A DNA stretch of 64,000 nt, taken from assembly GCF_006345805.1 (NCBI RefSeq), contig NC_042999.1, positions 95,852,001 to 95,916,000 on the forward strand. The letters run 5' to 3'. How positions within the stretch are numbered: position 1 is the first letter of the stretch; every line of letters begins with the position of its first letter. The DNA comes from Octopus sinensis. Lineage: Eukaryota. The translations under genes were made by a program, and so were the position numbers. Shown piece after piece: positions 11,680-26,779 of the stretch. The notes under the pieces were generated by a model. It did not search any database. It worked only from the letters and a program-made list of their open reading frames with translations, and was not told the origin of the DNA.

Positions 11680-12700
11680 TTCTTGTGTTCATAGTCTAAC
11701 CTTATTCATACTTACATATCCTAAGTTCTGTGGGATTTTCTCAAACTTTTGTAAAAACTGTATTTTTTTTTCACCTAACCCTGCTACTTCAGCATTTCTA
11801 ATTATTGTGTTTTCATCTATCATTTGAATTAATTCTTCTGTGACTTCATCATTTTCTTCACCTGCTCCCTTTTTTCTAGTCCATTTTCAATTTTTCTTCT
11901 AATGTCCTCATTTACAATTTTATTTAGCCATTTATTAGTTCTCGTTGCTCTAGCCTTTTTGACTAACATTTGTTCAGTGAGCTCAAAAAGGCCTTTTTCC
12001 ATGCATAATTACTTTAACTTTTGTCCATAACTACTCCTAGTTGCTTTAAATTTTGTCTGTAACCACTCCTGGTTGGCTCACTTTTAATAAATTACTCCAT
12101 GACACTTTTATTGGTGTTTTTCTATATTTCCTCCTATGTTTATTCTGTGAGTAGTTTGATGACCTGCAGGAGTCTGTCCAGCTTCTTCATACCTATTGTG
12201 ACCTTCACTGTCATTGATTCCACCCCTATTATTTGTTTCAGTTGTATTCATTATTTTCTCAAGTTCTTTGGTTTAATAGTTGTCCCTTCACTTAGTGATC
12301 TTATTGAGACATCATATGTAGGAAGATTGTTGCACAAGACTCAAGCTCATTTTATCCATGTTTGGTGCCCATCAGCCTAGGTGAAAATATGAATCAGTAA
12401 TATATGAAGAGAATTGTAGTGGTGTAGGTAGCTAAATAACTGAATGATCTCCCTTGCAATAAAGATTATAGAGTAACCTCCCTTTTCTAAGTTTCTCAAA
12501 GCATCTGTGTCATTAGACGTTATTCTTAATTATTCAAGAAGCTTAGTGTTTCTCTTGAAAGTTTCTAGAATGTCTAGCATTCCCTTAATAAAAATAGCCT
12601 GCTAACCCAGCTCTTTGCTTCTTAGTTGATTAGGCTTCGAACCATTCACGTCATTGCTCTGTCCGCCTATTTCTCTATGCCACATGACTGAAAACCACCA
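11680..12700 (-). mobile_element. Degraded LINE fragment, probably R4/Dong-like N-terminal to RT-proximal part
   Basis: Strongly T/C-rich + strand (purine-rich coding on minus) adjacent to the R4-like pieces; no clean diagnostic motif recovered. Confidence 0.35.
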
Positions 12701-12859
12701 CTTAGCTGTTATTTCTATGTTTTCTGTTTCTGAACTGTCTTGCATAGATTACTTCATTCAGCTAGATTCTATATTTTGATTCTGTGTATCATCATCACCC
12801 AGTAAATAAAATATATTTTTATGTAGTAAATATATAGATCTTGAATTCATTCTTCATTG

Positions 12860-12912
12860 TCCAACCCATGCTAGCATGGAAAGCGGACGCTAAACGATGA
12901 TGATGATGATCT
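12860..12912 (+). mobile_element. Tail-only RTE insertion (about 52 bp)
   Basis: ccaacccatgctagcatggaaagcggacgctaaacgatgatgatgat is near identical to 32711-32766. Confidence 0.9.
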
Positions 12913-12949
12913 CTTTATGAACAATATTAATAACATACATGCAGCCACA

Positions 12950-13830
12950 TCAACACCTTGTACTGACTGTATATTGTCAATAGAGAATGAATGGTGGAAC
13001 AGGACTCATCAGTGTGTAGAGGATTGTGTTGGTATTGGGAAGGCCAGTTTATTAAGCTATCTAGTAGCAAACAAAAGAAGTTTGCTACAAGGCTCCTGTC
13101 AGAGAAAGTACTAAAAACAAATGACAATGAAGATAAAGACACAATACATGATAAGCATCAAGAGCAAAATAAAAACAAGTCTTTATATGGCCAATTTTGG
13201 CAATCAACACATGAAATAAGAAGGAAGAATTCTTGGGATTGGTTTAGGAAAGGTAATTTGAGAAAAGAAACTGAGAATATCATAGTGGCTGTTTGGGATC
13301 AATCTATGACAAGAAATACCAAGAGAAGACAAGTGTTAGAAGAAAGAATGTCACCTGTCTAGATTACGTGGTATGTATGATGAGATAGTGAGCTATTTAG
13401 TATGTAAATGCCTAGGGCTTGCTCAGAGAAAGTTTAAGAAGTGGGGACATGACAAAGTTACATGAACACCAGCTTGAGAGAATATTTGAATTAGACAGTT
13501 GAATGTTGTATTTTTTCCATATGAACATAAACATTTAGAGCACAACAAACCTGACATCACAGTTTTTGATAAAATTTTTAAGACATATCTTCTTATTCAC
13601 CCATTATGTCAATTCAATACCCAAATAGAAAATAAAGAGAAGTTGACAAATTATAAATTGAAGCATGAAAATGTCATTAAGATGTGGAAAATGAAGAAGA
13701 TAACTATCATATCAGTAGTCATAAGAGCATTAACGACAGTTAAGGACAACATTGCAAAATCAATAGAGAAGCGTGTGAGGTAGAGTTACTGGGAATAGCT
13801 AAAATGTTATGAAGGTACTCAATGATGAGA
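12950..13830 (+). mobile_element. R4/Dong-like LINE C-terminal fragment (CCHC knuckle remnant plus restriction-like endonuclease)
   Basis: LYGQF...SWDWFRKGNLRKETENIIVAVWDQ, decayed CRLCG..ETVS..C, HDKV, NKPDITVFDK, IISVVI.AL. Confidence 0.75.
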
Positions 13831-14044
13831 TTATCTAAAAGGAAAGGAAACATCAAAGAGGAGGCTACTTGATATCTAAGGCTACTGTTTGTAGCCCATT
13901 ATCAAAACAGAGCAGTGATCAGATTTTGAGAACCATCTTGAGACAAAAAAATGCAGTGGTAGTAGTGGTGGTGGTGAAGAAGCTGAATAATAATAGAAAG
14001 AATGCTGAATTGAAAGGATCTACGACCAGATTTAATTCAAGGGT

Positions 14045-15060
14045 ATTGGTTACAGAAATTTAGTAGATTACATGGGAGACTGAGTGAACAACTTCAGGAT
14101 TGCCCTAATGGAAGAGTCATACATAATTGGATGACTAGAAGGAGAACAGTACTCTTTATGAAAGAAAAAATCAAGGGCAATATAGCTGGTAATTACAGAC
14201 CAATCACTTGCTTACCAATATTGTGGAAGTTGTCAATAGGAATGCTTTCAGAAAGCATTTATGAGCACCTTGACCGCCAGAATTTATTTCCAGAAGAACA
14301 GAAAGGTTGCAGGAAGGCTAGAGGAATGTATGATCTGTTATACATAAACAAAGCAGCTCTAAAAGAAGTGAAATTTAGAGACAAAAATTTAATGATCGCA
14401 TAGCTAGATTATAAGAAAGCCTATGATGTGATGTCATGCTTATGGATAAGTGAATGCTTCAGTATATTCAGTATTGCAGACAACATGAGAGAGTTAGTTA
14501 ACTATGGCATGAAGAAATGGAAAGTAGATCTCTACTCAGGTGATACAGCTTTAGGAAAAGTTAATATCAAGAGAGGAATTTTCTGTGAGACTTGTCTCCT
14601 TTAATATATGTGTTATGTTTAATCCCACTCAGTTTAATAAGGAATCTAGTAAAGTGCAAGAAAGTCGGAAATATAAGATGTTGTAGGATTTTAACATTCA
14701 GGCTGATAGAGTAATAGAAACTGGAAGGCCTGATTTAGTAGTAGTAGTAGACAAAGATAGTAAAACGTGCCAGGTAATTGACTTTACTGTCCCAAATGGC
14801 GAGAAAGTCAATATGAGAGATATAGATAAAATAGCAAAGCACTAGGACCTCACGATTGAGTTAGAGAGGCTATGGAAGTGTGGGTAAAATGTATCCCTGC
14901 AGTCATAGGTGCTTAACAAACTATTCCTAAAGATTCAAACAGATGGATAGAGGAAATAGACATAAAACCTAGTTTAGTGTAGCTCCAGAAAACAGTATCA
15001 TTAGGAACAGCTAGGATACTTAGGAAGGGTCTTGGCATGTAAGGTTAACTGTTGTAACAT
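14045..15060 (+). mobile_element. Internally deleted R4/Dong-like LINE: RT joined to REL endonuclease end
   Basis: NYRPITCLPILWKL, EEQKGCR, DYKKAYD and RGIF; then, after a deletion near 14640, DFNIQADRVIE..RPDLVVV.DK and LQKTVSLGTARILGRVL. Confidence 0.85.
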
Positions 15061-15454
15061 GATGTTAGGAATTTTTTCCAACAGTCCAATCTGTTGTGTG
15101 TAAATGAAATAATAATGAGCTTATTTGGTGCTTAGGTGTGCTACATTTCAGTGGAAAAGGATAAAAGAAGGGGACAAAAATCAACACTAAGTCAAGTAAA
15201 GAAAAACAGCAATTATAGCCAAATGTGTATGCACAATACATAGGATAAAACTGAAGATAGAAAAATGAGCCATGAACAAGCCATAATGAGGAAAGCATGC
15301 ATAGGCACTTCAAGAGTATTGTTGGTGAATTTTAGAATGTATAGAAGGATACAGTATCCTGACAGTATTCTGAGCTTAAACAAGTGTTTTCAAAAGTCAG
15401 GTGTGTTGCACTATTTTTTTGATTTTATGTGTGTCCATAGGTGGTAGAGATATT

Positions 15455-15670
15455 AGTTTCAAACTGTAACACAAGGCCAGCAAGTCTAGAGGGAGTGGGT
15501 AAGTCGGTTACATCAATCCCAGTACCTAACTGATACCTATTTTACCAACCCCAAAAGAATGAAAGGCAAAAGTTGATCTCCGCAGAATTTGAACTCAGAA
15601 TATAAAGACAGATGAAGTGTCATTAAGCATTTTGCCCAGCATGCCAATGATTCTATCTACTCACTACCTT
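15455..15670 (-). mobile_element. Full-length Nin-type SINE
   Basis: Family core and head present; degenerate flanking duplication ataggtg.t..agatatt at about 15437 and 15671. Confidence 0.8.
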
Positions 15671-18284
15671 ATAGGTGTTTTAGATATTGAACTTAAAAAA
15701 AGATGGCCTAAGATATTGAAAAGATGGTGGATAAGAAATTATTAAAATTCATATTTGTAAGTATGTAGTTTAAAATTCATTGAGATATGGTTTATGAGAT
15801 ATTTTTGTTATGTTATTTTAAATGTTAACTTTGGGGTTGTTATCTTAAATGATTTACTGATGGCCAGGGAACTCAGTACTAAAAGTAGTGTCATATTGTG
15901 GAACCAAGTTTTGCCTAACATATTATTCAACCAAGTGAATGAACCATTAGGTAAAATCAAAAGTTCAAATTGCAACTAATGTTATTTTAGTGAATTTTAA
16001 TACATGTATTTTTGTATGTGGTAAATAAACAATCAGAATATTTTATAAAGTTAATATGCCATGCTACTAACACTATCTAATAATAAGTTTTTTTGTGCAA
16101 TGGTAGATAATAAACTAATAAATATTTAAAATATACTCTTATTATACTAGATAGCTATTACATATGTAAAATAGTGACTTACATATGCAAAATATAACAC
16201 ACATCAACTTAAGCTTAATTTCCGATTTCACTAAATTTTAAATGGGATTCAATTCGTAATACTTTAAGTGTATCATAAGACAGATTTGAATGTTTATTGT
16301 CTCTCTTATATAGCATTAATGCAAATAAATACATTTAACTGAATTCTCTGAATAAGTCTGATTTAAAGCCTGAGGAAAGGAAAAGTTCAAGAATATTAAC
16401 CAAAAATTTCTAATTTCCAATTATTTAACTTTATTGACACTAGTCTACAATGAAAATGGTAATGCAAATGTAACATAAAACTATCATTGTTGAGGATAAA
16501 TTTGTTGATTACTTTTAGTTCCTAGTAAAATGGAGAATGTAAAATTTTATGGGTACATGTAATAGTGAGATTAATGTAAAAAGAATGAGAATTGATTTCA
16601 AGAACTTAAGAAGAGCAGCTTTGCAATCTTCTGATTTAATACAAGCTTGTTTCAACTGTTTTCTCTCTCCATCTTTCAATTTAGTTAATACATTTATATG
16701 CCATTCATTCAATGTTACCCAAATATTTTTAATATGCATCCTTGAATATGACAACTGAACATTTGCAATTCAATCTGAAAACAAAAGTATTTTAAACAAA
16801 TGGAGACTATATATAGTCACACAAGAATGAACACAAACATTTTTCTCTGAATTACTTGTATGTAATTAAATGTGGGAATGATGATTCTGGTGTATATTTT
16901 GATAGAAATTCTTATGTCATTCAGGTAGATGTCCAGAGGATTAATATGGTTATTAAAAATTTTCTGGAACAGTGCTACTATATAATCTGAATCAATATTT
17001 GCTTATAATAAGATTAATATCAGTGCTGCAATATATCTGCATAGTTTAGTAACTCAGTAGCTTACTACATTAATTGCTAACTAATATTGGAAATGGTGCA
17101 AAAGTATTGTTTTTAGTATTGGAATATCATCCCTGTCTATAACTTAAAGATAACATTACTTTGTCTTTTATAAAATTATGCTTAGATTCCCTACATATAT
17201 TACATGCACATATATAGGTTTAATGAAACTGAAAATGTGGCTCAAATTTTATGCAACTGTGATCATAAAACTCTTTAGTCTCTTGCAAAAGTGTTTAAAC
17301 CATAATTTGAATCTATTCTTACCTATGACTATAAGTTGATGTTCGGTGCCAGATCAGTCATGATCAAATAGACATATGATCAAAGGTCATCCAGCTGTGA
17401 TCATCTCTTTTTCTTTTCCTCCTTGCAGGGAATCCAGAACCACATTTTCCAGTGTCTTTTTTTTTTTTTTAAGATTGTTGGATTGTGATTTAAAAGAAGA
17501 TTCTTCTGTAATGTTAGTATTTTCTTTTTATGAATAAAGGATATTTTCTAAAGTCTAATGCACTCTGAATGAAATTTGTTAATAAAATTCATTAGTGACT
17601 TAATGAAGGGACATCAAATGTTAGTCCTCATCAAATATTAATGGAAAAAGCTCAAAATTCTTTAAGTATTGTTTTTGTTACTATAATACATTCAATACAT
17701 TTTTCCTGTTGTTTTTGGTGGAAGTCAAAGAAAGCTGATACCTTAGTTTTTCCATAATAGCATTCAAAACAGTTCAATTTTAGCTGAATATAATTAAACA
17801 TAATCCTCAGAAAAATCCCAAATCATTCAATGATGGGAGCACTTAAGAAAACTAGTGAATCAAATGAGCCAGTGAGTGAATTTTAGGAAGTTATTTGACC
17901 TGCTAGAAATATCAGACAAATCTCCCTCAAATTACATCCTACTAATACTTTATATGCACTTTCTGACAAGCTGTGGTGCACCTGAGCACTGTATACAATA
18001 ATTTCATTATTATTAAAGAAAGTGCACACTATGTCAAAAAATATAGATGAGCTGATCATGATTGGAATACTTTTGATCATAGGTTACTGCATTCAGAGCA
18101 GAGATAACCTGGGATTACATTCTTAATATTACTAAATCAGGCTCCTACCATAAACAACTAACATTGATGAAATTCAGCAAAGAATAATGAGTACTGAGTC
18201 TGATAGATAAAAATAGTAAAATAAACTAAGAAGTTTTAATATTATAAGTTTCATTCCTTATTATATGAGTTTAATCCCTTTCTG

Positions 18285-18480
18285 AATAGGAAGAATCATT
18301 AGAATGTTGGACAAAATGCATTAGGTTAGTTAGTTACAACAATTTATGTTATGTCTTCGAATATCTCCAAAATCATCTTTGCTTTTCATCCTTCCATAAT
18401 CAATAAAATGAAACATTAGTCAAGTACTGAAATTGATATAATTGACTATGCTCATTACCCAAATTTGCAGCCTTCTCTCT
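18285..18480 (+). mobile_element. Degenerate Nin-type SINE
   Basis: agaatcattagaatgttggacaaaatgc...ctttgcttttcatccttcc...aagtactg. Confidence 0.6.
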
Positions 18481-21400
18481 GACATATTAATAGAATAATA
18501 GAAACAATTCCAAATGTATGTTTCATGGAACTTACCACTTCACCATGACACCTTCTTTTTACAAAAATAATTTTTTTCTTTTTTTTCTTTCTATTTATTT
18601 ATTTTTTTAGCTCAAGCATATTCTCACTGAAATATAATTTACTTGGGTCAACTACTGTATGATACCAACACCTTTTCTCTAACATATCAAAATGTCAACA
18701 CCTTCCTCTTGACATGTTTTTTTTTTTTACCTTCAGGGACAAAATCTGTTTCATTTATAGGACTGAATTTTGAATAAAAATAGGTTAGATAATTATATAC
18801 TATATAACATAGATTTCCATGGTCAGCTTGATATGTTAAAAACAAGATGAATGTATCAGCTCAACTCTGCATATCTTGGAGACTAATACAAGACTTATCT
18901 CAGTCAAGATATTAATGCAGCGATCATTTTGGTATGCTGATCAAAATGCATAATAAAGTATTATTTGATATGTTATAGAGAATTTCTTATTTAGTGACCT
19001 TAGTAGAACTGGGGATATATTTAGTATTAATGTTACTAGATTTTTTTAATGCTTCAAAACTGTGTTATGTGATAAGTGTGTAATGGTTGACATTCTGTGT
19101 TTCTAAAATACATGCATAGGTAGAATAATTGTCAAAAGCTGATGTAAAATAAACAGTTATGTGAATTTTAGAAATACTATGTTAAAGTAGAGCAAAAATT
19201 GGAATAACATGCAATGAAAATAAATTAATTAAACGAAAAAACTTTAAATGATTTTACTAATGATATGAATAAGCAATGAAAGTATATTGAATGCAAGTAC
19301 TTTAGCTAGAATAGAGGTTTAATATGCCAATAATTAGGACTGCTGAAGTCACTAGATGTAAAAGTTACAAGTGTTATAAGAACAGTGCTCCAGGAAATAA
19401 TTTTCCTAAGTGAAAGACAAATGTAAAGATAATTTTTACTAACTTTCCAAACATTAAACTTATTTGTACAAACCAGTCTTGTGATGTGATATTTCTTATT
19501 TCATTTTCGTTATTCTTGTGCATTTTTCTTCAGATTTATTGCTTACCCATTTTCATATAACTCTAGTAATGATATTGTTTAGTGAGTATAGATATTTTGA
19601 ATTGAATGTTATAGGTACTATGCAAATATAATTATTTTAGTCTGTTCTTCAAATCAATATGTAGATAACCTAAATATAAATTGCTGCAATTGAAATTAGT
19701 TAAATAAACCATAAACCAATCAATAAATTGTACAAGTGCAGTTAACAAACAATTATGAAATCCTGGCATATGAAAATTGCTTTCAGCTCTGTTAGGGATT
19801 TATCACTGTATGAAGACTTATGTTGCTTTGGACAAAGCAAATTAAGTTGGAAAAAGTTCTCATTTTCCATCTTGTTGCTTTCATATTCTTATTTCAAGAT
19901 TGTTTTAGATTTCTTTTTAACTATTATTAAATGGTTTATTTTCCTCAAAGTGATTGTTTCCACCTAATTGCACTAACATAACATTCTAAGTTTTATCTAA
20001 ATCAATAAAATGATATAAACTCCTTTAATGATAGCTAACAAATCTTATGCACCCCCACCCCACAAAAAATGAAAAGAAGAGAGAATGTCATTTACAATAA
20101 ATAGAAAAAATGCCACATTATCTGTTCCAAGCTCCTTTTAAATTTCAACCAGCTTTAGTTTAATCAGCTGTTGAATTTGCTCCGAGTCAGTGTACTATAC
20201 ATGATATTTGTCAATATCATGTTCAGTGCATATATGCCTCTGCACATAATGTTCTGTTGTTCAATAAAAAACATACAATGTTTATGCACATTTTGATATA
20301 TATATGTCCTAGGTCATCATCAACAACGATAGATGAACTAATAATAAAAAAATTGTACAATGAGATATATGCATATACATCTATATGAATAAATACTTTT
20401 TATTTCTTTAATTGAGCTTTAAATGTTGCTAGGTTATGAGACAAGTACAGTTGGTACTTACAGACTTTTTAAAAGAGTTTACCTGCTATGATGTAAAGTT
20501 TAGTTTCTTATGGAAGTGAAACATACACTCAGCTAGATTAACATTTTATTTCATGTATCTATGGAATAATGGACAGTAGAATTTATTTATTAATCACATT
20601 CAGAGAATAAGTAGTAAATTATGTATTCTTTTTGATCTTCGCAATGTAACCTAACCAAAGGTAATCTCACTAATTATAAGCAAGCTTCTAGTGTCATAGT
20701 TGTTTCTACTGAAAAAGTTACTTATTCTCAAAACTGTATAGTAAATGATGGAAGTGAGAAGAAAGACGGTCGGGGATAACTTCTTATTTTTGAATGCCAA
20801 ATTATTTTTAAAATTATTGAAATAAAGCTCAAATAAAATAATGCCATCAGTGTTCAGAAGCTTTTTAATATAGATACTTATTTTTTGTTCATTTTGATTT
20901 TCATCCTACCAGAATATTCTACAAGGTTGTGTAATTAGTTATTTTCAGCAATCAGTAATGCCTCAAATTAAGTAAAATAGCATCTGATATCAGACGAATC
21001 CATAATTATTGGAAATTTTATCTTCTCAAGTTGGATTTTATTAGTTTATTATTTTTATTAATCAAGAACTTTGTGTATTTTTTTCTTTTTCTCATTACCA
21101 TTCTCACCTTCCTATGTTCATGCTGTGAACCTTCACATTAATTGAATGTAATTATGTGACAAAATGAATAGCTGTTTTGATTGGGTTGGTAAATGTCTTA
21201 TATTCAAACACTTAAAATAAAGAAATATCCTCTCCTACTTTTCTTATCTTTTAAACAGAACTTTAGCAACCTAATACAATTTTAAAATCTTGTGTTGATA
21301 AATTTTCTATGAGATTGTATTTTTAATCAGTGAGTGAATGATTTACAAATAGCTGATAAAACTGGTAAACAATACTATACCAGTTAATCTACTTTTCTAA

Positions 21401-24400
21401 TATAATATCACATTTACAAGCTCTGAAGGGAAATTAGTGGTTTGTCCTTGTGTCAATTTCACTTAACTCAGTTCCATTTATAAATTCAGATAAACCTAAT
21501 ACTGTCATCTTTTTACTATTCTGTTGAAGATTTTAGTTCAGTAAAGTGTCTCCAAAATTATAAATTTAAACAAATGGAAGGCTTTTAAATAGATATATGG
21601 CATACTGATTTAATATATAAATATTCCCACAAATATACCCCTAATCTTTAAGTAAGATGAAAGTTATTCTTACTAACCACAACAGAGATAGACATAGTTA
21701 ATTTAACCACTGCATCATAGTATTGTTTTTGTAAAATTTATTAACGGTTGTGGGTAATCCAGCCTGGTGTTCAGATTGATAAGTAGCTCCTTAGATTGTG
21801 TTTATTATTTGTTAGCTCAAATGAAAACATTCAAGTGGCAATACTAACGTTATAGACTACAGTAGTTATTATAAATAAAATAATTATGATTATAAATTTG
21901 TATTCTTTTCCCCAGAGTGCTCTGTTATTTGTCCATAACCACTAAGTCACTGTATGCTAATGGAGACATTATTTACAAGTTGAGAAAATAAACTAATTAA
22001 TGTCATGTGTTCCATTATTCTTTATGTGCATTTCTTTACTCTTAAGAAAATTGAAGTTCTTGAGGAAATCAATTCTGCACTTCATTTTTTTTTTTTTTCA
22101 GGTAATAATTGGAGAATATCTACAGATATTCTACGGGTTTTCAAATGGTTGTGCCAAAAACATTTTCCTCAATGTTGCTATTAGAATATTTTACGAGTAT
22201 TGCTTAAAGAGATCAGTTTCTTCATTTCTTCAATTGAAAATTTTGTTTCACAGGTCGTATTAAAATGAAGATTTGTGCATATTTTCTCTTTTACTAAATC
22301 CAATCACATCACAGTCTTTTTCTCTTCCAAATGTTCCTTGTGAGAAAATACATGTTATTGAGAAAATTTATAAAATAATTTCTAAAAATATAAAATTGAT
22401 GAATAAAAATCTTACTGATTCAATTAAGTTAGGAAGGATTTTTCTTCTGTTTTTAAGTTACATTTTTGTCAGGTGTTTGTTCTCAATGAAACTGCCTTAA
22501 GATTATAATTTTTGTCAAGGACTGTGTATCCATTTAGCTCCAGCCTTGCATATTTTACTGAAGTAAAGATATCTGATTTAATTAATCTTTCATTAAATTT
22601 TAATTTCAAACTAATGGCCATAAATTATTTCTTCCTTCTTGAGTTTTAAATGAATTTTAATTTTTTTTTGCTATCCAATTCACTGGCATAAATTTTCATA
22701 ATTATATCAATAGTCATTTTAGAAATCAGAAAATTTATTCTTTAACCAAAAGCTTCATTTTATCTATCATATTATGTATGTACAGTTTTATGCTATTCTA
22801 TATCATAGATAATATTTTATAATCAATACACATAATTTACATTTCAGTGTGTTATGCTGTCATATTGTAGCATACAGTATTATATATACTGCATAAACAT
22901 GTTATAAATTTGACATAATTACCTAAGTATTACTGAAATTTAAGTATATGTAAAATTAATATGTTATGAATCATCTTCTTTGCTTTGACTTTCTCTTCCA
23001 TTTGCATAAGGAATAGTCCTTACTTAACATTGGCCAATCTGCTTTTAATATTGGTCATATCTATAGCAAGGCCAACAGCTTCAGTAAGTCTTCCATTGCA
23101 ACTGGTTAGATCCTTACAAACTTTTTGGTATCTCTTTATTCTTTTAATAGTTTGGTCTAGAGGAAGGATTTGTCCTCATGGTTCTTGCATGCCCTCTAAA
23201 ACAAATGTGATTAACATGGTTGATGTTCTAGAAACGACATCAGCTATGTTAACCTCACAATTTGACAGCTGTATGAAAAATGAGCAGTGAAGAAATTCTA
23301 GAAGGTTGATGATGGTTTGGGGAAGAAGACTGAGTAAAGTGATTAGTGTGAATCTGGAGTGGGTTAAGAAAATGAATTACATGAGGAAGAGGGATAACTG
23401 AGTTTGGTGAACACAAATGAAAGTGGCATGAGGCCAGCCAGTTGCAAAAAGGCAGAAAAATGCAGAAAAAAGCAGCAAAAGGAAGCTCCATGTGTGTCGA
23501 TGTGTGGCTGGAGTGTGTATGCCTTAGTAAATGTTTATCTTGCAAAGGCCTTCCAATACAATCTATCTCTGTAGTCTTATTTTTGTAATTCAAGAGAGTG
23601 ACCCATAGATATATTTAAAAACAAACTGTGAAATGCAATTAAAACTAGCCATTTAATAATCACATTAGATATATTAGTTTCAAATCATAGAATGTAAATA
23701 CAAATCTTAGCTGTATACCTCTTCAGTTTTCTGTATTGACTTAAAGCAAATTACTAATACACTTCTTGTTGGATTTAATATTAAGCACATGAAGTGACTA
23801 GTGAAATTCACTAAATATCATTCTTTTTTGTTTTTCAAGCTCTATAGAAAAAGATCATTGTAATGTTCACGTGATTAAAACCAATAACTATAAAAATACA
23901 TAACTTTTATAGCTTTTAATTATATTATATGCTCTCAATCAATGAGGAAATACCCACCTAGTCGCTTAACTTGTTATAAATAGCAACCAAATCACACCTT
24001 ACTACCTTAAACAAAAAGAGGATACATTTAACAATGTAATCCAAGGTGCACTATGCCTAAAAATAAAAGTCCTGGGCCTACACAATACAGCTTATTATTT
24101 TAATCTATTCATAGTGTCCTTTCAGAAATATTTATTTTTTTCCTGGGCCTCTCTATCAGCTTCCTCCAGATTTTTGAATTTTAGTTACTTTTACAAATTC
24201 TTCGCAGTAGCCAGTCATTTGCATATAAAGAATTCTAAACATCACTAAATGTCATTGTTGAAATGTTGAGAATTGTATCTTGAGTCGGAATAGCAAAGTT
24301 TCAAGCAACATATTAACTGTGTAGAATTTAACAGTAGTTAATTAGGAAAATAAAAGATATAATGAGTAATGATGTATGATAACTGGATAAAATTGGTATA

Positions 24401-26779
24401 GTTGTTATTTGTTATTCATTCAATAATAGCACATGGTGTTCACATCATTCATATGTTAATATGAAGAAATAAATGTGGTAGCATGATAAAAGACAACATT
24501 TACCTATGAGCTACATTGATATTAGTTTATGTCTTTAGTTGTTATATTTGTTGGTTTTAACATACTTTTCTTCATAGATTACAGAAATACTGAAGGAAAA
24601 GAATCTTGTACTTTTTTTAGTTACACTGAAAGTATTCATTTGTCATGTGAATTGATCATTAATTATTTCAATTCTTCATTTCATGAGTTATGTTTCTTAT
24701 ATTCTAAAAGAGAGCTCTGCTACAATATAAACATCAATACAATTTATGCTTCCATCGTTCTGAAGTATCCATTATTTTTTATGTCATTACATTATCTAAT
24801 TCATTTTGGATTCTCAATACTCTATGTTATGTTTCATGACTTCTGTTTGAAGAAATGCAGAAATCTATGAAAATGCCCTAAGGTGTTAGAATTGTCCACA
24901 TTATATATTACTATATAACCTATGATAAAAGTATTTAAAGCAATTCTTTGTTTCATCTAGGTTTCTTCAAAACTGGTTAAAATTAACGAAAAGTGAACTT
25001 TCTTCAGAAAGAAAATTCTAAGATTTCTACAGAAAAATTGTAATTAGGAAATCAATATTTTAAGTTATTTTTATTCGAGTCTTTCCTTTTCATCTTTTAT
25101 TAAATCATTGTTGTAAAAAATAAATAAATAAAATAAAGTTTTCCTCAAGTCATGCTGGTAATTTGAAAATGCATTTTGTCTAAAGCAAGAATTCAGAAAT
25201 ACAAATCTTTGATGATTCTTTTATTTAAAAATCTATAATGTCCATTAAGTGCTAGCTACTAACCATTTTGCTGAACAGAAGTTATCTTTAACTTTAAGAA
25301 AGTGCAACCTAGTTATAAATGTGATACAAATAGCCAGACATACATTCAATTCGTTTGACTAAAATAATCTCTTCAGGTAAATTTAAATTATTTTTTAGAT
25401 TTGTTCATTCAAAAGTGATATTTTTTAAGAGATTTTGTTTCCATTATAGTTTAAATTAGACTGATTCTCACCCATTTTTGTCAATGATTATTTCACCATG
25501 CTGCTAATAAAATAATTTGGAAGTACTATTTCTAAATATTTTGTTTGATGATATATTAGTCAGCTGATTATGCTGAGACTTATAAACAAAAAGGCATAGT
25601 TAAGCAGTGCATTATTTGAATAGTGAAAAGAATATTCTACATTGACATAAGGTAATTTAGATAATCCAAACTGAAATAAATTTCATTCTTTGAGAAAAAA
25701 AGTGAATGATTCTGGCAAGCCTTCATGGACAAGAGATGAAATGTCATCTGGTATTGAAATATAAACTAAGAACAATGAGAGAAAAGAGGTAATACCAGGG
25801 AATGCAATAGATTTACACACATGTGCACAGACACAAACACATCATCATTGTCATCATCACCAACAACAGCATTTTTTCTGCTTTTCATGTTGGTATGTAT
25901 TGGCCAGGACATCCAGGTCTGATGCCCTCCTACATGAGACAGGGACATCATTTTACTGATACATTCTATTTTAGCATGGTTTGTAAAGCTAGATGCCCTT
26001 CTTAACAACAGCCCCTGTATATTGTGTACTATATGTATTTTTGTCAGTATCAGAGCTAGAGAGGTTATCTAGTCTTCATAGTCTTCAGCATGATTGAAGG
26101 AACTCTCTATCCTAAGACACAAACACACACACACACACATTTATAAATGCACATATAATATTTTTAAACAACCAGCATTAATCCAGCTTTTGGGGATTTT
26201 ATCTCCTGAAATACTTTTAATGATTATACAGTATCTGACAGATTTCTGTACTAGTTGTGCACTTTCTTTATTTTGGTCATTATAAATAAAATTTTGTAAT
26301 TGTGCTAACATTGCTAAATAATACCATGAGATATTATTGAGCCAGTTATTAGATAAATTGCACCAAATTTCAAATGTAATTTTTTTAGTACACATGCACA
26401 CCACACACAAGCATACACTCACACACAATATGAGTAAATATGTATATATATATGTACAGGTGTGTGTGTCTATATATATATAGATGGATAAATATAAGTT
26501 GAAGATTCAAGTGAATCAGGTCCTACTTAAATAGTAATGCACCAAAATTGAGTCAATGAAATCGCTATCATGTACAAAACAAAATTAGAGGAACATATAC
26601 ATACATAATGAAGTAAAGACAGATTTATATTCCAGTTGCAGGTACAATCACAAATGTCTGACTGAATGTACCATAAGCCTCAAGGTTGCACCTAGGCACA
26701 AATACTGCACTAGTTGTACTGTACTGAATGGACTCCTGATCCATACTAATTGCAAGTTCTGAGTAAGGCAAATAATAAA

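Noticed and set aside
23280-23560. Possible old RTE/BovB-type C-terminal relic
   Set aside because: Only a vague basic stretch and Cys pattern; too decayed to support.
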